A stretch of 62,610 nt of DNA from Candidatus Omnitrophota bacterium (GCA_013287965.1 JABDCU010000008.1:1-62610), one strand, 5' to 3'; counted from the stretch's first letter, positions 34,864 through 45,214 are shown. The notes: generated by a model from the sequence alone, not told the origin. Translations and numbers: made by a program.

Positions 34864-36117
34864 ATGATAGATATCAAAGTAAGAATTAAAGGATTACCAA
34901 CGAGCAGTGGCGTGTATTTGTATAAGGACGCCGCGGGTGCCGTCATTTATGTCGGCAAGGCGGTCAATATCCGTAAGCGTGTCGAATCGTACTTCCGTAA
35001 GGATACCGGAAGCTTGAAGACGGATTTTTTAGTCAGCCATATCGCTGATATTGACACCATCCAAACCGCCTCCGAGGCTGAAGCCCTGATCCTGGAAGCC
35101 AGCCTCATTAAACAATACCAGCCTAAATATAATGTTGAGCTCAAGGATGGTAAAACCTATCCGTATATTCAAATTACTAAAGACCAATTTCCTTTAGTTT
35201 CAGTGATAAGGTTTAACGCTCGTAAACATAAGGACATCAAAGCAGATCTTTATGGGCCCTATGTTAACCCAACGCTTATCCGCGAGGCCTTGCAGATCAT
35301 CCGCAAGATATTTCCTTTTCGCACCTGCGAGCCTTTTGCCCATAAATTATGTCTTTATTATGACCTGGGCCTATGCCAAGGGCCTTGTGAGGATAAGACA
35401 ACCAAGGAAGATTATCAGCGCAATATCCGCAGCATAAAATTCATCCTGGATGGCCGAAAGGATGACCTGTACCGTAATTTGCATTTAGAAATGGAGATAT
35501 TGTCCCGTCAGAAAAATTTCGAGGGAGCAGCCCGGCTGCGCGATCAGATACGCGCCATTGGCGCCTTGTATTCGGGGACAGGGGACATTAATTATTTTAA
35601 AGAAGCTGAACAATTACAAAGGGCGATAGGTCTTGAAAGAGCGCCGGTGCGTATCGAATGCTTTGATATTTCCAATATCATGGGTAATCAGTCGGTGGGT
35701 TCCATGGTGTCTTTTTTAAACGGCAAACCCGATAAGAATAATTACCGCCGATTCCGTATCAAGACAGTGAAAGGCATTGATGATTTTCAGATGATCGCGG
35801 AGATCGTGCGCAGGCGCTATACGCGGCTTCAAAAAGAAGGTTTAAGTTTTCCGGATTTGGTCGTGATCGACGGAGGCAAAGGCCAATTAGGCGCGGCGAT
35901 AAAGGAATTAAAGAAATTAAATTTGTCCTTGAGGCTGATCTCATTGGCCAAACGTGAAGAAGAGATCTTCGCTCCGGGTAAACGTAATCCCATTAAGCTC
36001 TCCCATGATTCACTTGGCCTCAAACTACTGATGCGTGTGCGCGACGAAGCCCATCGCTTCGGCCTAAAGTACCACACGCTTTTGCGTGCCCAAAAATTTT
36101 TAGGAGGTGAAAAATGA
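34864..36117 (+). CDS. uvrC: Excinuclease ABC subunit C, compact form lacking the C-terminal (HhH)2 domain
   Basis: GIY-YIG (SGVYLYKD..IYVGKAVNIRKRV), UVR domain (FEGAARLRDQIRAI), endonuclease domain (ECFDISN..DLVVIDGGKGQL..VRDEAHRF). Ends at 417 aa. Confidence 0.8.
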   Translation: MIDIKVRIKGLPTSSGVYLYKDAAGAVIYVGKAVNIRKRVESYFRKDTGSLKTDFLVSHIADIDTIQTASEAEALILEASLIKQYQPKYNVELKDGKTYPYIQITKDQFPLVSVIRFNARKHKDIKADLYGPYVNPTLIREALQIIRKIFPFRTCEPFAHKLCLYYDLGLCQGPCEDKTTKEDYQRNIRSIKFILDGRKDDLYRNLHLEMEILSRQKNFEGAARLRDQIRAIGALYSGTGDINYFKEAEQLQRAIGLERAPVRIECFDISNIMGNQSVGSMVSFLNGKPDKNNYRRFRIKTVKGIDDFQMIAEIVRRRYTRLQKEGLSFPDLVVIDGGKGQLGAAIKELKKLNLSLRLISLAKREEEIFAPGKRNPIKLSHDSLGLKLLMRVRDEAHRFGLKYHTLLRAQKFLGGEK

Positions 36118-36407
36118 AAGAAAAGAACAACTTAACCGATTTTGAATGGCAGGTCTTGCAAGCGTCTTTATCCATCCCTTTAGGTGAAACCCGTTCGTAT
36201 CAGTGGATCGCCAGGAAAATAGGCCATCCTAAAGCCGTGCGCGCCGTTGGCTCGGCCTTGCGTAAAAATCCGTATCCTTTGATCATTCCCTGCCACCGGG
36301 TGGTCAAATCAGATGGGACGCCGGGTGCCTATGCCGGCAAAATGGATGGCAAAAAAGCCAAATTATTGGCCATTGAACAAGTGATTGTCCGCCGGATCAA
36401 GCCGTAA
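36114..36407 (+). CDS. ogt: Methylated-DNA--protein-cysteine methyltransferase, single DNA-binding/active-site domain
   Basis: IPCHRVV active-site motif and ..YQWIARKIGHPKAVRAVGSALRKNP... ATGA overlap with uvrC. Confidence 0.7.
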   Translation: MKEKNNLTDFEWQVLQASLSIPLGETRSYQWIARKIGHPKAVRAVGSALRKNPYPLIIPCHRVVKSDGTPGAYAGKMDGKKAKLLAIEQVIVRRIKP

Positions 36408-36482
36408 AAACACCTCGACAAGCCCTGATTTTAAGACTATCATGTTCAAGTTTTTACAGGGCTATCTTTAGAAAGGTTTTGA

Positions 36483-37559
36483 ATGGAAATAGGTATTGTA
36501 GGCTTGCCTAATGTCGGCAAGTCCTCGCTGTTTAATGCTTTGACCGGTGCTGCCGCGGCCGCGGAGAATTTTCCTTTTACCACCATTGAGCCGAATATCG
36601 GGGTCGTCCCTTTACCTGATGAGCGCCTGCCATTTTTGGCCCAGGAATGGAACTCTGCTAAGGTCACTCCGTCGGGCATCCGTTTTGTGGACATCGCCGG
36701 TATCGTTGAGGGCGCTTCCCAAGGCGAGGGGCTGGGCAATAAATTCCTGGCCCACATCCGTACGGTGGATGCCATTGCCCACGTGGTGCGTTGTTTTAAA
36801 GATGAGAACGTGGTCAACGTGATGACTGAGCTTAATCCGCAGTCTGCCGCGGACATCATCACCACTGAACTGTTATTGGCAGACATCCAGCAATGCCAAA
36901 CAGCCCTTGACCGCTGGACTAAAAAAGCCAAGTCCGGGGATAAAGACTCCATTGCCAAATGCAATGCTTTAAATGATTGCGTGAAAGCATTTAATGAAGG
37001 GGTGCCTGCCCGTCGATTAAACAATATCCCACAGGAAATTTTAAATGAATTCCAGTTTTTGACAGCCAAGCCCTTAATGTATGTGGCCAATACCGACGAG
37101 GGAACGCCGGATGAGGCCCTGCTTAAGCCTTTGCGTGATCGCGCGGCAGCAGAAGGTGCTGTCCTGGTTTCTTTATGTACGAAATTAGAAGCTGAGATCG
37201 TGCAATTGCCCCCGGAGGAGCGTGACGAATATTACCAATCCGCGGGCATTACCTCGCCGGGTTTAGCGCGCCTGGCCCAGGCAGGCAAAGAATTGCTCAA
37301 GCTTATTTGCTTTTTTACGGCAGGCCCGCAGGAAACCCGTGCCTGGCTTATCCCTCAGGGGACAATAGCTGTTAAAGCCGCAGGGAAGATCCATACAGAC
37401 ATTGAACGCGGGTTTATCCGCGCTGAAATTTATAAATGCGATGACCTCAAAAGGCTTGGCACCTATAAGGCGGTACAGGAAAAAAATCTGGTCATCCTCG
37501 AGGGTAAAGAGTATATTATGCAGGACGGAGATTGCGCGTATTTCAGGTTTAGCGTGTAA
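36483..37559 (+). CDS. ychF: Ribosome-binding ATPase YchF
   Basis: GIVGLPNVGKSSLFNALT P-loop, ..FVDIAGIVEGAS.G.GLGNKFL.., C-terminal TGS-like ..IHTDIERGFIRAE... Confidence 0.9.
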   Translation: MEIGIVGLPNVGKSSLFNALTGAAAAAENFPFTTIEPNIGVVPLPDERLPFLAQEWNSAKVTPSGIRFVDIAGIVEGASQGEGLGNKFLAHIRTVDAIAHVVRCFKDENVVNVMTELNPQSAADIITTELLLADIQQCQTALDRWTKKAKSGDKDSIAKCNALNDCVKAFNEGVPARRLNNIPQEILNEFQFLTAKPLMYVANTDEGTPDEALLKPLRDRAAAEGAVLVSLCTKLEAEIVQLPPEERDEYYQSAGITSPGLARLAQAGKELLKLICFFTAGPQETRAWLIPQGTIAVKAAGKIHTDIERGFIRAEIYKCDDLKRLGTYKAVQEKNLVILEGKEYIMQDGDCAYFRFSV

Positions 37560-37565
37560 AGGCGT

Positions 37566-38700
37566 ATGACAGACCAATTATCCAAACAATTCGATGAACT
37601 TGCCCAAAGGCTGGCTGGCCTAAGGGGGTATCTTTGACCTGCCCCATAAAGAAAAATCCATCGCCGAGATACAAACACGGATGTCCCAGGAAGGATTTTG
37701 GGAACATCAGGAACAGGCCAATAAGGTCATGCAGGAGCTCAAGGGTTTAAAGAATATCGTCGAGCCTTTCCTGGAATGTGTCAAGCGTGTCAATGATGCT
37801 AAAGAGTTTTTGGCCCTGGCTGAAGATGATGAGGACCTCAATACGCAATTAGCTGACGAAGCAGCCATTCTGAAGACCCAAATTGATGACCTGGAATTGC
37901 AAGCGCATTTAAGCGGCCCTTTTGATGGCGCTAACGCGCTGTTAAGCATTAATGCCGGCGCCGGGGGTACAGAGTCCTGTGATTGGGCCTCCATGCTCAT
38001 GCGCATGTATGTGCGCCACGCGGACCTGAAGAAATACAAATGCGAAGTCATTGATATTTTACACGGTGATGAAGCGGGCATTAAAAATGTGACCTTGCGC
38101 ATCGAGGGAGAAAAGGCGTACGGGTATCTAAAATCTGAAAAAGGTGTGCACCGGTTAGTGCGTATTTCCCCTTTTGATTCCAATAAGCGCCGGCATACGT
38201 CCTTCGCTTCTGTTGAGATCATTCCGGAGGTGGAGGATGATACGGATATAGATATAAACCCCGCGGAATTGCGCATTGATGTTTTCCGTGCTTCAGGCCC
38301 TGGTGGGCAGAGCGTCAATACCACGGATTCCGCGGTGCGTGTCACCCATTTGCCGACGGGAATTGTGGCCCAATCGCAGAAAGAGCGCTCGCAATTACAA
38401 AATAAAGTCCAGGCCATGAAGGTCCTCAGGGCGCGGCTCCTGGCGTTAAGAACACAGGAGCAGGAAGCGGTGATGAACAAGGAAGCCGGGGACAAGCAAA
38501 AGATCGAATGGGGTTCCCAGATCCGCTCCTATGTCCTGCATCCTTATCTGATGGTCAAAGACCATCGCACGGGGGTGGAAACCGGCAATGCCCAGAAAGT
38601 TTTAGACGGAGAAATTGATATGTTTATTGAAGGATTTTTAAAAACGAAGCCGGAAGACAGGGACAAGCGTCTTAAATCACGAGGGAACGAGGATGTTTGA
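37566..38700 (+). CDS. prfB: Peptide chain release factor 2, expressed through a programmed +1 frameshift (37566-37634 joined to 37636-38700)
   Basis: Frame 0 gives [23 protein letters not shown] then TGA. The site AGGGGGTATCTTTGAC is identical to the E. coli prfB site. The +1 frame continues DLPHKEK.. into the 37681 ORF, which carries SPF and GGQ motifs. Confidence 0.9.
37623..37638 (+). promoter_or_regulatory. RF2 autoregulatory +1 frameshift site (internal SD-like AGGGGG plus CTT TGA C)
   Basis: agggggtatctttgac: CTT at 37632-37634, in-frame TGA at 37635-37637. Confidence 0.9.
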
Positions 38701-41653
38701 TTTTCTTATACGTAATGGCGTAGTAAAAAGTGCCCAGAATTTTATCGATCGGTTAAGTCCCAAGGTACAGGTCCACATCCATCCGGAGGCGCCTTTGCCT
38801 TCGATCGGGCTGGTCAAGAAATTAGCTGCCCGAGCTTCCGAGATCTGTGCCCTGGAAGAAAAGATCAAGGCCTTGTCCGACGATGCGCTCAAAGCCAAGA
38901 CCACGGAATTCAAGGCGCGCATCAAGCAGGCGATCAGTGTTAAAAAGAATGAATATGAGCAATTCCAGGAGAATTACCGCAAGGCCTCTTCAGGCCAGGA
39001 ACGCGAAGACTTGACTGTTGAGATCAAACGTTTGGAAAAAGAATTGTTTGAATCCAAGCAAGGCGTCCTGGATGAGATCCTCAATGAAGCCTTTGCCGTC
39101 GTGCGTGAGACAGGCCGCAGGGTTTTGAGCATGCGCCATTTTGACGTGCAATTAGTCGGCGGCATGGTCCTGCATAGCGGGGGCATCACGGAGATGACCA
39201 CCGGTGAAGGTAAAACCCTGGTGGCTACTTTGCCGACTTATTTGAATGCCTTGACCGGGGATGGAGTGCATGTGGTCACGGTCAACGATTACTTAGCTCA
39301 CCGTGACCGCAATTGGATGGGGCCTCTTTATGAATTTTTAGGTCTTACCGTTGGAGTTATCCAACATGACATGAACCCGCGTGAACGCCAGGCGGCCTAT
39401 GGCTGTGATATCACCTACGGGACGAACAATGAATTTGGTTTTGATTATTTGCGCGATAACATGGTTTCATTCAAAGAAGAAATGGTCCAGCGCGGCCATG
39501 CTTTTGCGGTCGTCGACGAGGTTGACAGTATTTTGGTAGATGAGGCGCGCACACCGCTTATCATTTCCGGGCCCGCGGAAGAAAGCACGGATAAATACTA
39601 TAAAGCTTTTCAGATCGCCCGTCAGCTTAAAGGCCGCCGTGTCACCGAAGCGCAGGAGATCGATGCCAAGCATAAAGGCGAGGATCTATATAAGGGATAT
39701 GATTATTTAGCTGACGAGAAAAACAAGTCCATTGCTCTTTCGGATGAGGGGGAAACTAAAGCCGCGCAGCTTTTTGGGGTCAGGAATTTGCATGAAATCG
39801 ACACCAATGAATACCGCCATCATGTGGTCTGTGCTTTGCGCGCCCAGGAATTTTTTGTGCGGGACGTGGATTATGTGGTCAAGGACGGTAAGGTCATTAT
39901 CGTTGATGAATTCACCGGACGCATGATGCCTGGCCGGCGCTGGTCAGACGGCTTACACCAGGCCGTGGAAGCCCGTGAAGGAATTAAGATCGAGCGTGAG
40001 AATCAGACCCTGGCTACTATCACCTTCCAGAATTATTTTCGCATGTACGGCAAATTAGCCGGGATGACAGGTACTGCCTATACAGAAGCCAACGAATTCA
40101 AACAGATCTATAATTTGGACGTGGTGGTCATTCCCACCAACCGCCAGCTGGTGCGCGTCAATTATCCGGACTGCATTTACAAGACCATGCAGGAAAAATA
40201 CAACGCCGTTGTCGAAGAGATCGCTGCCTGCCATGAAAAGCACCAGCCGGTTTTAGTGGGTACTATTTCCATCGAAAAGTCTGAATTGATCGGCGGGCTT
40301 TTAAAGAAAAAGGGTATTCCTCACCAGGTCCTTAATGCTAAATTCCATGAGTTAGAGGCGCATATCATTGCCCAGGCCGGGCGTTTCAATGGTGTGACCA
40401 TTGCCACCAACATGGCAGGCCGTGGTACAGATATTGTCCTGGGCGGTAATGCCGAGTATTTAGCGCGGGCCATGGCCGCTGAGAAATCCAAAGACGCTAA
40501 TGACCCGTCCCATGAAGAAATGGTCAAGAAATTCATCACTCAATTTAAAGAGCAGGTATCCAAAGAACGGGAGCAGGTCCTTGCTGCCGGCGGTCTGCAC
40601 GTCATCGGTACAGAACGCCATGAATCCCGCCGTATTGACAATCAGTTAAGAGGACGCTGCGGCCGTCAGGGAGACCCTGGTTCGTCACGGTTTTACGTGT
40701 CCCTGCAGGATGACTTGATGCGGCTGTTCGCCTCCGAGAATATCATGGCTGTCATGGACAAACTTGGGATGAAGGAAGGCGAAGTCATTGAATCGCGCAT
40801 GGTGTCAGGTGCGCTGGAAGTCGCCCAAAAGAGGGTTGAAAACTATAACTTTGAGATCCGTAAGCAATTGCTGGACTATGACAATGTCATGAACAAACAG
40901 CGCGAGGTCATTTACAGCCTGCGCCGTTCTATCCTTGAAGGGGAAAATTTAAAGGACGTGGTCCTTAACGCGGTGCTGATGGCTTCCGACGAGGTGGTAG
41001 ACAGCCACTACGCGCTGGAACAGAATGAAGAAACATTTAACCGTCTGGCTGCGGACGTGCAATCCAAATTTACAGTGAATATTGATGCCCTTAAAGAAGA
41101 GTGGAGTGCGTTTAATGCCCAGCAGATCAAGGATGAGCTTGAACGTGTCCTGACCCAAACCTATGAGGCCAAGGAAACCCAGGTGACGCCGGAGATCATG
41201 CGCCGCATGGAACGCATGATCCTTTTGCATGTCATTGATACGAAATGGAAAGAGCATTTGTATAGCATGGACCAGGTCAAGGATGGCATCAGTTTACGGG
41301 CGTTGGGCCAACGCGATCCGTTAGTGGAATACAAAAAAGAAGGCTTTGCCATGTTCAAGGCCATGTATGCCTCGATCAATCACGAGGTGGCGGCGATGAT
41401 CTTTAGGTTGGAAGCCATGCCGCAGGACCTTCGTCCGCGCTCAGTGTTTGGCGCCATCCCTCAAAAAGCCGTGCATCAGGAATTCCAAGCAGGTATCCCT
41501 AAACCCGTCTCACCCCAGCAAACCGTGTTAGAAGAAACGAAAATTTCGCAGCAACCCACAGCTGCCGCACCGCGCACCGAAGACAAAGTCGGTCGCAACG
41601 ACCCCTGCCCCTGCGGGTCAGGTAAAAAATACAAAAAATGCCACGGCGCGTAG
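38693..41653 (+). CDS. secA: Preprotein translocase ATPase SecA
   Basis: ..[31 protein letters not shown].., DEAD-like [21 protein letters not shown]-terminal Zn finger [15 protein letters not shown] more likely start is TTG 38795, which follows GGAGG. Confidence 0.95.
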   Translation: MFDFLIRNGVVKSAQNFIDRLSPKVQVHIHPEAPLPSIGLVKKLAARASEICALEEKIKALSDDALKAKTTEFKARIKQAISVKKNEYEQFQENYRKASSGQEREDLTVEIKRLEKELFESKQGVLDEILNEAFAVVRETGRRVLSMRHFDVQLVGGMVLHSGGITEMTTGEGKTLVATLPTYLNALTGDGVHVVTVNDYLAHRDRNWMGPLYEFLGLTVGVIQHDMNPRERQAAYGCDITYGTNNEFGFDYLRDNMVSFKEEMVQRGHAFAVVDEVDSILVDEARTPLIISGPAEESTDKYYKAFQIARQLKGRRVTEAQEIDAKHKGEDLYKGYDYLADEKNKSIALSDEGETKAAQLFGVRNLHEIDTNEYRHHVVCALRAQEFFVRDVDYVVKDGKVIIVDEFTGRMMPGRRWSDGLHQAVEAREGIKIERENQTLATITFQNYFRMYGKLAGMTGTAYTEANEFKQIYNLDVVVIPTNRQLVRVNYPDCIYKTMQEKYNAVVEEIAACHEKHQPVLVGTISIEKSELIGGLLKKKGIPHQVLNAKFHELEAHIIAQAGRFNGVTIATNMAGRGTDIVLGGNAEYLARAMAAEKSKDANDPSHEEMVKKFITQFKEQVSKEREQVLAAGGLHVIGTERHESRRIDNQLRGRCGRQGDPGSSRFYVSLQDDLMRLFASENIMAVMDKLGMKEGEVIESRMVSGALEVAQKRVENYNFEIRKQLLDYDNVMNKQREVIYSLRRSILEGENLKDVVLNAVLMASDEVVDSHYALEQNEETFNRLAADVQSKFTVNIDALKEEWSAFNAQQIKDELERVLTQTYEAKETQVTPEIMRRMERMILLHVIDTKWKEHLYSMDQVKDGISLRALGQRDPLVEYKKEGFAMFKAMYASINHEVAAMIFRLEAMPQDLRPRSVFGAIPQKAVHQEFQAGIPKPVSPQQTVLEETKISQQPTAAAPRTEDKVGRNDPCPCGSGKKYKKCHGA

Positions 41654-41807
41654 CCCCCACACTGTCATTCCTCTTGCTTCTTCGAATAATTTTGACAATC
41701 CCGTTTAATACCAGTAAACTATGCAGCGTAGAAACTAGAGAAGTACATCGTCCCCCACGATGAGTAGCGTATAAAATTCCCCCGAAATGTTGGATCATAA
41801 AAACCAT

Positions 41808-41836
41808 TTGCAAAAGGTGTAATTTGTATATACAAT
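41808..41836 (+). promoter_or_regulatory. Sigma70-like promoter for the toxin-antitoxin pair
   Basis: TTGCAA (41808-41813), 17-nt spacer, TACAAT (41831-41836). The -10 element lies inside the palindrome. Confidence 0.5.
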
Positions 41837-41851
41837 ATTGTATATACAAAT
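41822..41851. promoter_or_regulatory. Perfect 30-bp palindrome, likely operator for TA autoregulation
   Basis: atttgtatatacaat|attgtatatacaaat. Overlaps the -10 element and lies 20 nt upstream of the GTG start of the toxin gene. Confidence 0.6.
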
Positions 41852-41871
41852 CGTCTGGGAAGGGGCGATTT

Positions 41872-42132
41872 GTGGACAAAGAACCAAAGTGGAATGCTCT
41901 TAAGAGTGAACGCTTGAAGAAAGTCCGAGGTGCTTCATTTGAAGATATTTTTAAAGGTAGGTATATAAAGACTGAAAAGCACCCCAGTCGTGAACATCAA
42001 AGACTAATGCTATTTGAGTATAAAGGAAAAATATGGGCAGTGCCGTTTGTCGAGAATGAAAAGGAACTGTTTTTTAAGACTTTGTATCCAAGCCGTAAGC
42101 ATACAAAGCTCTATCAAAGGGGGGCACTATGA
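41872..42132 (+). CDS. brnT: BrnT-like (DUF497) toxin
   Basis: GTG at 41872 follows GGGAAGGGG. ..W...K...L.K.RG.SFED.F......E.HPS.E.R.....Y.G.IW.V.F.....E.....L.PSRK..KLY resembles the BrnT pattern. The track ATG at 41824 lies inside the palindrome. Confidence 0.55.
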   Translation: MDKEPKWNALKSERLKKVRGASFEDIFKGRYIKTEKHPSREHQRLMLFEYKGKIWAVPFVENEKELFFKTLYPSRKHTKLYQRGAL

Positions 42133-42380
42133 GAAGAATTAAGCTTACCAAATATGAACAATCTATTGAGGATGCTATAGAAAGAGGCGAATATGTGCCT
42201 GTTTCTAAAGAAGAAGATGAAAGATACAGGCGTATGTTGGCTGCGTATCGAAAAAAGGCCGTACTGCATATGCGCATTAACAATAATGATTTATCCTTGC
42301 TCAAAAGTAAAGCCAAGAAGCTGGGTTTAAAGTATCAGACTTTTATAGCGAAATTCCTACACAAGATGGCCCACGCTTGA
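42129..42380 (+). CDS. brnA: BrnA-like antitoxin (CopG/RHH C-terminal domain)
   Basis: ATGA overlap with the toxin. ..HMRINNNDLSLLKSKAKKLGLKYQTFIAKFLHK.. is the typical BrnA/COG3514 C-terminus. Confidence 0.6.
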   Translation: MRRIKLTKYEQSIEDAIERGEYVPVSKEEDERYRRMLAAYRKKAVLHMRINNNDLSLLKSKAKKLGLKYQTFIAKFLHKMAHA

Positions 42381-42410
42381 CTTTCCACCCTCGACCGCTA
42401 AAATACCCCA

Positions 42411-43868
42411 ATGGTATTTCTACTTTGTCTGCTATCCGCAGGGCTTTTGGAATTGTCCTTTCCCCAAATCCAATGGTCATTCCTGGCATGGTTTGCGCTG
42501 GTGCCGCTATTTCTTGTCCTCGACGGGCAAGGGCCGTGGCGGGCGTTTAGGCGTGCTTATCTCTGTGGTTTTTTATTCTTTTTCGCCACCTTAGGCTGGT
42601 TTGTCTATGTTACCTATCCAGGGGCATTTCTATTAATTGCTTTCCTGTCCCTTTATTTTGCTATTTTTGGGGCGATGTTTGTTTATTTTCAGGAATTACC
42701 CGTAATCCCGCGCATTTTTGTTTTAGCGTCGGCATGGGCGGCCCTGGAATTTATCCGTGCCAATCTCTTTACCGGTTTCGGCTGGGTGCTGCTGGGGCAT
42801 TCGCAATACAAAAATCTTTGGCTCATTCAAATAGCGGACAAGACAGGCGTTTACGGGATATCGTTTTTGGTGATGCTGGTTAATCTATTGATCTTTGAAA
42901 ACTGGCGGGCGCGTTCATTTTTGCTCAAAGCAAATATCGCGGTGGTGGCGATTTTATCGATGGTTCTTATCTATGGCTGGCGGGTCACGGAACAAAAAAA
43001 AGATTACCAAATGGTCAAGGTTGGTATTGTGCAGCCCAATATCCCTTTAGCCATTAATTGGGATGAGGACCGTAAGCCCTGGATCGTTGCTAAAACCATT
43101 CAATTGACCCAGCAACTGCAGGGCCAAAAACTGGATTTGATCGTCTGGCCGGAAACATCTTTGCCGGGCGTTATCAGTGATGCCCCGTTTTTGACCAATG
43201 AGATCCAGGCAGACGCCGTTAGCCTGCATACGCCCATCCTGATAGGCTCCGTTGCCAATGATGGCGAAAAGTATTATAATTCCGCGTTTTTGATCGGCGC
43301 GGATGGACAAATGCTGGGCCGTTATGATAAGATCCATCTCGTGCCTTTTGGTGAATATTTGCCTTTAAGGCCGGTCTTAGGCTGGATCAATAAATTTGTG
43401 CCTTTGGATGATTTTACATCAGGCACGGCTTACAAGATCTTTTCGATCGCGCCTGCGCAAATGAGATTTGGTGTCCTGATCTGTTTTGAGGATACTTTAG
43501 GGTATTTGCGCCGTCATTTTGCCCAAGCAGGGGCGGAGTTTTTTGTGAACATGACCAATGATGCCTGGTTCCGTGACACCAAGGCGCCGTTTTTACATTT
43601 GCAGGCCGCGGTCTTTGGCTGTGTTGAAAATCACCGTTCACTGGTGCGCGCGGCCAATACCGGTGTCAGCGCCCTGGTGGACCCGTGGGGCCGTATCATT
43701 GCCGTGGTTGGCAACGGGCAGGGTAAAGAAACCTTTGTCGAAGGCACGGCCTGGGGATCGCTGCCGTTAAACCATGAAAAGACTTTTTATACAAAGTACG
43801 GAGATGTTTTTACTATCCTGTGTTTTTTGTGTATATTAGTGGCAGTGGTGTTAAGAAAATATATTTAA
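42411..43868 (+). CDS. lnt: Apolipoprotein N-acyltransferase
   Basis: N-terminal TM bundle plus CN-hydrolase domain (..DLIVWPETS.., ..KIHLVPFGEY.P.., ..VLICFED..) and a final TM. Confidence 0.85.
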   Translation: MVFLLCLLSAGLLELSFPQIQWSFLAWFALVPLFLVLDGQGPWRAFRRAYLCGFLFFFATLGWFVYVTYPGAFLLIAFLSLYFAIFGAMFVYFQELPVIPRIFVLASAWAALEFIRANLFTGFGWVLLGHSQYKNLWLIQIADKTGVYGISFLVMLVNLLIFENWRARSFLLKANIAVVAILSMVLIYGWRVTEQKKDYQMVKVGIVQPNIPLAINWDEDRKPWIVAKTIQLTQQLQGQKLDLIVWPETSLPGVISDAPFLTNEIQADAVSLHTPILIGSVANDGEKYYNSAFLIGADGQMLGRYDKIHLVPFGEYLPLRPVLGWINKFVPLDDFTSGTAYKIFSIAPAQMRFGVLICFEDTLGYLRRHFAQAGAEFFVNMTNDAWFRDTKAPFLHLQAAVFGCVENHRSLVRAANTGVSALVDPWGRIIAVVGNGQGKETFVEGTAWGSLPLNHEKTFYTKYGDVFTILCFLCILVAVVLRKYI

Positions 43869-43880
43869 GGCGGGGTGACT

Positions 43881-44249
43881 ATGTCCAAGAAGATCTTATT
43901 AGTTGATGATGACCCGGGCGTGCATATGGTCATTGTCCCGATTTTAAGCAAGGCCGGGTATTTCGCGGTTTCTGCCAAAAATGGAGAGCAGGCTTTACAC
44001 CTGGCGCTCAATGAACGTCCGGATCTGATCATCCTGGATGTTATCATGCCGGGGATCAAGGGGCGTGATCTGTGCAAGAAGATCAAAGCTTACGATGTTC
44101 TCAAGGATACCCCGGTCATTTTTTTGACGGCCAAAGATTCCGAAGATGATGTTAAGGCCGAGTTAGAAGCCGGGGCCATCGCCCACCTGACCAAGCCGGT
44201 CAATCCGGTCGACCTGTTGAAGACCGTCGACGGGATCATCGGGAAATAA
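43881..44249 (+). CDS. Single-domain response regulator (CheY-like receiver)
   Basis: KKILLVDDD.., ..DLIILDVIMPG..G.., ..PVIFLTAK... ATG at 43881; the track starts at GTG 43875. Confidence 0.8.
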   Translation: MSKKILLVDDDPGVHMVIVPILSKAGYFAVSAKNGEQALHLALNERPDLIILDVIMPGIKGRDLCKKIKAYDVLKDTPVIFLTAKDSEDDVKAELEAGAIAHLTKPVNPVDLLKTVDGIIGK

Positions 44250-44251
44250 CC

Positions 44252-45214
44252 ATGCTCAAGGAGCTGAAGAAAAATATTGAGAGGACCCTTGTGCGCTGGG
44301 CGTTTTATTTTTTCTCCTGGCTGTTCAGGACCCTGCCCTATTCTATCATCAAGGTCATATCAAACGGATTGTTGGCCATGGTTTATTTTGTCCTGCGGCG
44401 CATGCGCAAGGCAGCCATGAGTACTTTAAGCATAGCGTTTGGCAAAGAAAAATCCCAGGCGGAATTGGAAAAAATATGTAAGGATTGTTTTCATAACGCC
44501 GGCCGGGCGGCCATTGAGATAGGCTCCTTTACGACACGTCCTGCCTTGATCAAAGCAACATTTTCTTTTGAAGGCAATTCCCGTGAGCATTTGGACGCGG
44601 CTTTAAAAGAAGGCCACGGCGTCATCGGCATTTCCGCCCATTTCGGTAATTTTCCCATGATGCTGCTTTTTTTGGCACAGATGGGCTATCACACCAATGC
44701 CATCATCCGTCCCAACCGTGACCAGATCATTGAAAAGGATTTTCAGGCCTCGCGTTCACGTCTGGGCCTTAAGACAGTCCACAGTTATCCCCGCGAGACC
44801 TGTGTGGCCCAGTCGCTCAAAGCCTTGCGTGATAAAGAATTGCTGGTCGTTTTGCTGGACCAAAATACCGGCAGCAAGTCCGGTGTATATGTTGACTTCT
44901 TCGGGCAAAAAGCCGGAACAGCGACAGGTCCGATCATTTTTTCCATGCGTACCGGGGCCCCGTTATTGCCGATCTTTACCTTGCGCCAGGGTGATAGTGA
45001 TAAACATAAGGTGGTCATCGAAAAGCATTTTTATCTGGAGCAAAAAGCAACAGATGAAGAGACCATCCAATACAATGTGCAGAAACTGACGAATATCATT
45101 GAAGGGTATATCCGCAAGTATCCCACCGAATGGGGCTGGATGCACCGCCGTTGGAAAAGCCGCCCCCGGTCTGCTGAGGCCGAAGAACTGGCGAGGAGTA
45201 CACATGTGGCGTAA
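44252..45214 (+). CDS. Lipid A biosynthesis (Kdo2-lipid IVA) acyltransferase family protein, LpxL/HtrB-like
   Basis: N-terminal anchor, ..GISAHFGNFPMM.. (HxxxxE/D-type acyltransferase motif), ..LLDQN.., C-terminal ..YPTEWGWMHRRWK... Confidence 0.6.
   Translation: MLKELKKNIERTLVRWAFYFFSWLFRTLPYSIIKVISNGLLAMVYFVLRRMRKAAMSTLSIAFGKEKSQAELEKICKDCFHNAGRAAIEIGSFTTRPALIKATFSFEGNSREHLDAALKEGHGVIGISAHFGNFPMMLLFLAQMGYHTNAIIRPNRDQIIEKDFQASRSRLGLKTVHSYPRETCVAQSLKALRDKELLVVLLDQNTGSKSGVYVDFFGQKAGTATGPIIFSMRTGAPLLPIFTLRQGDSDKHKVVIEKHFYLEQKATDEETIQYNVQKLTNIIEGYIRKYPTEWGWMHRRWKSRPRSAEAEELARSTHVA

Noticed and set aside
36446-38495. Long antisense ORFs opposite ychF (36446-37090, 214 aa) and prfB (37707-38495, 262 aa)
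   Set aside because: The sense strands encode unmistakable YchF and RF2. The antisense translations are Ser/Ala/Arg-rich with no recognisable domains, which is typical of shadow ORFs.
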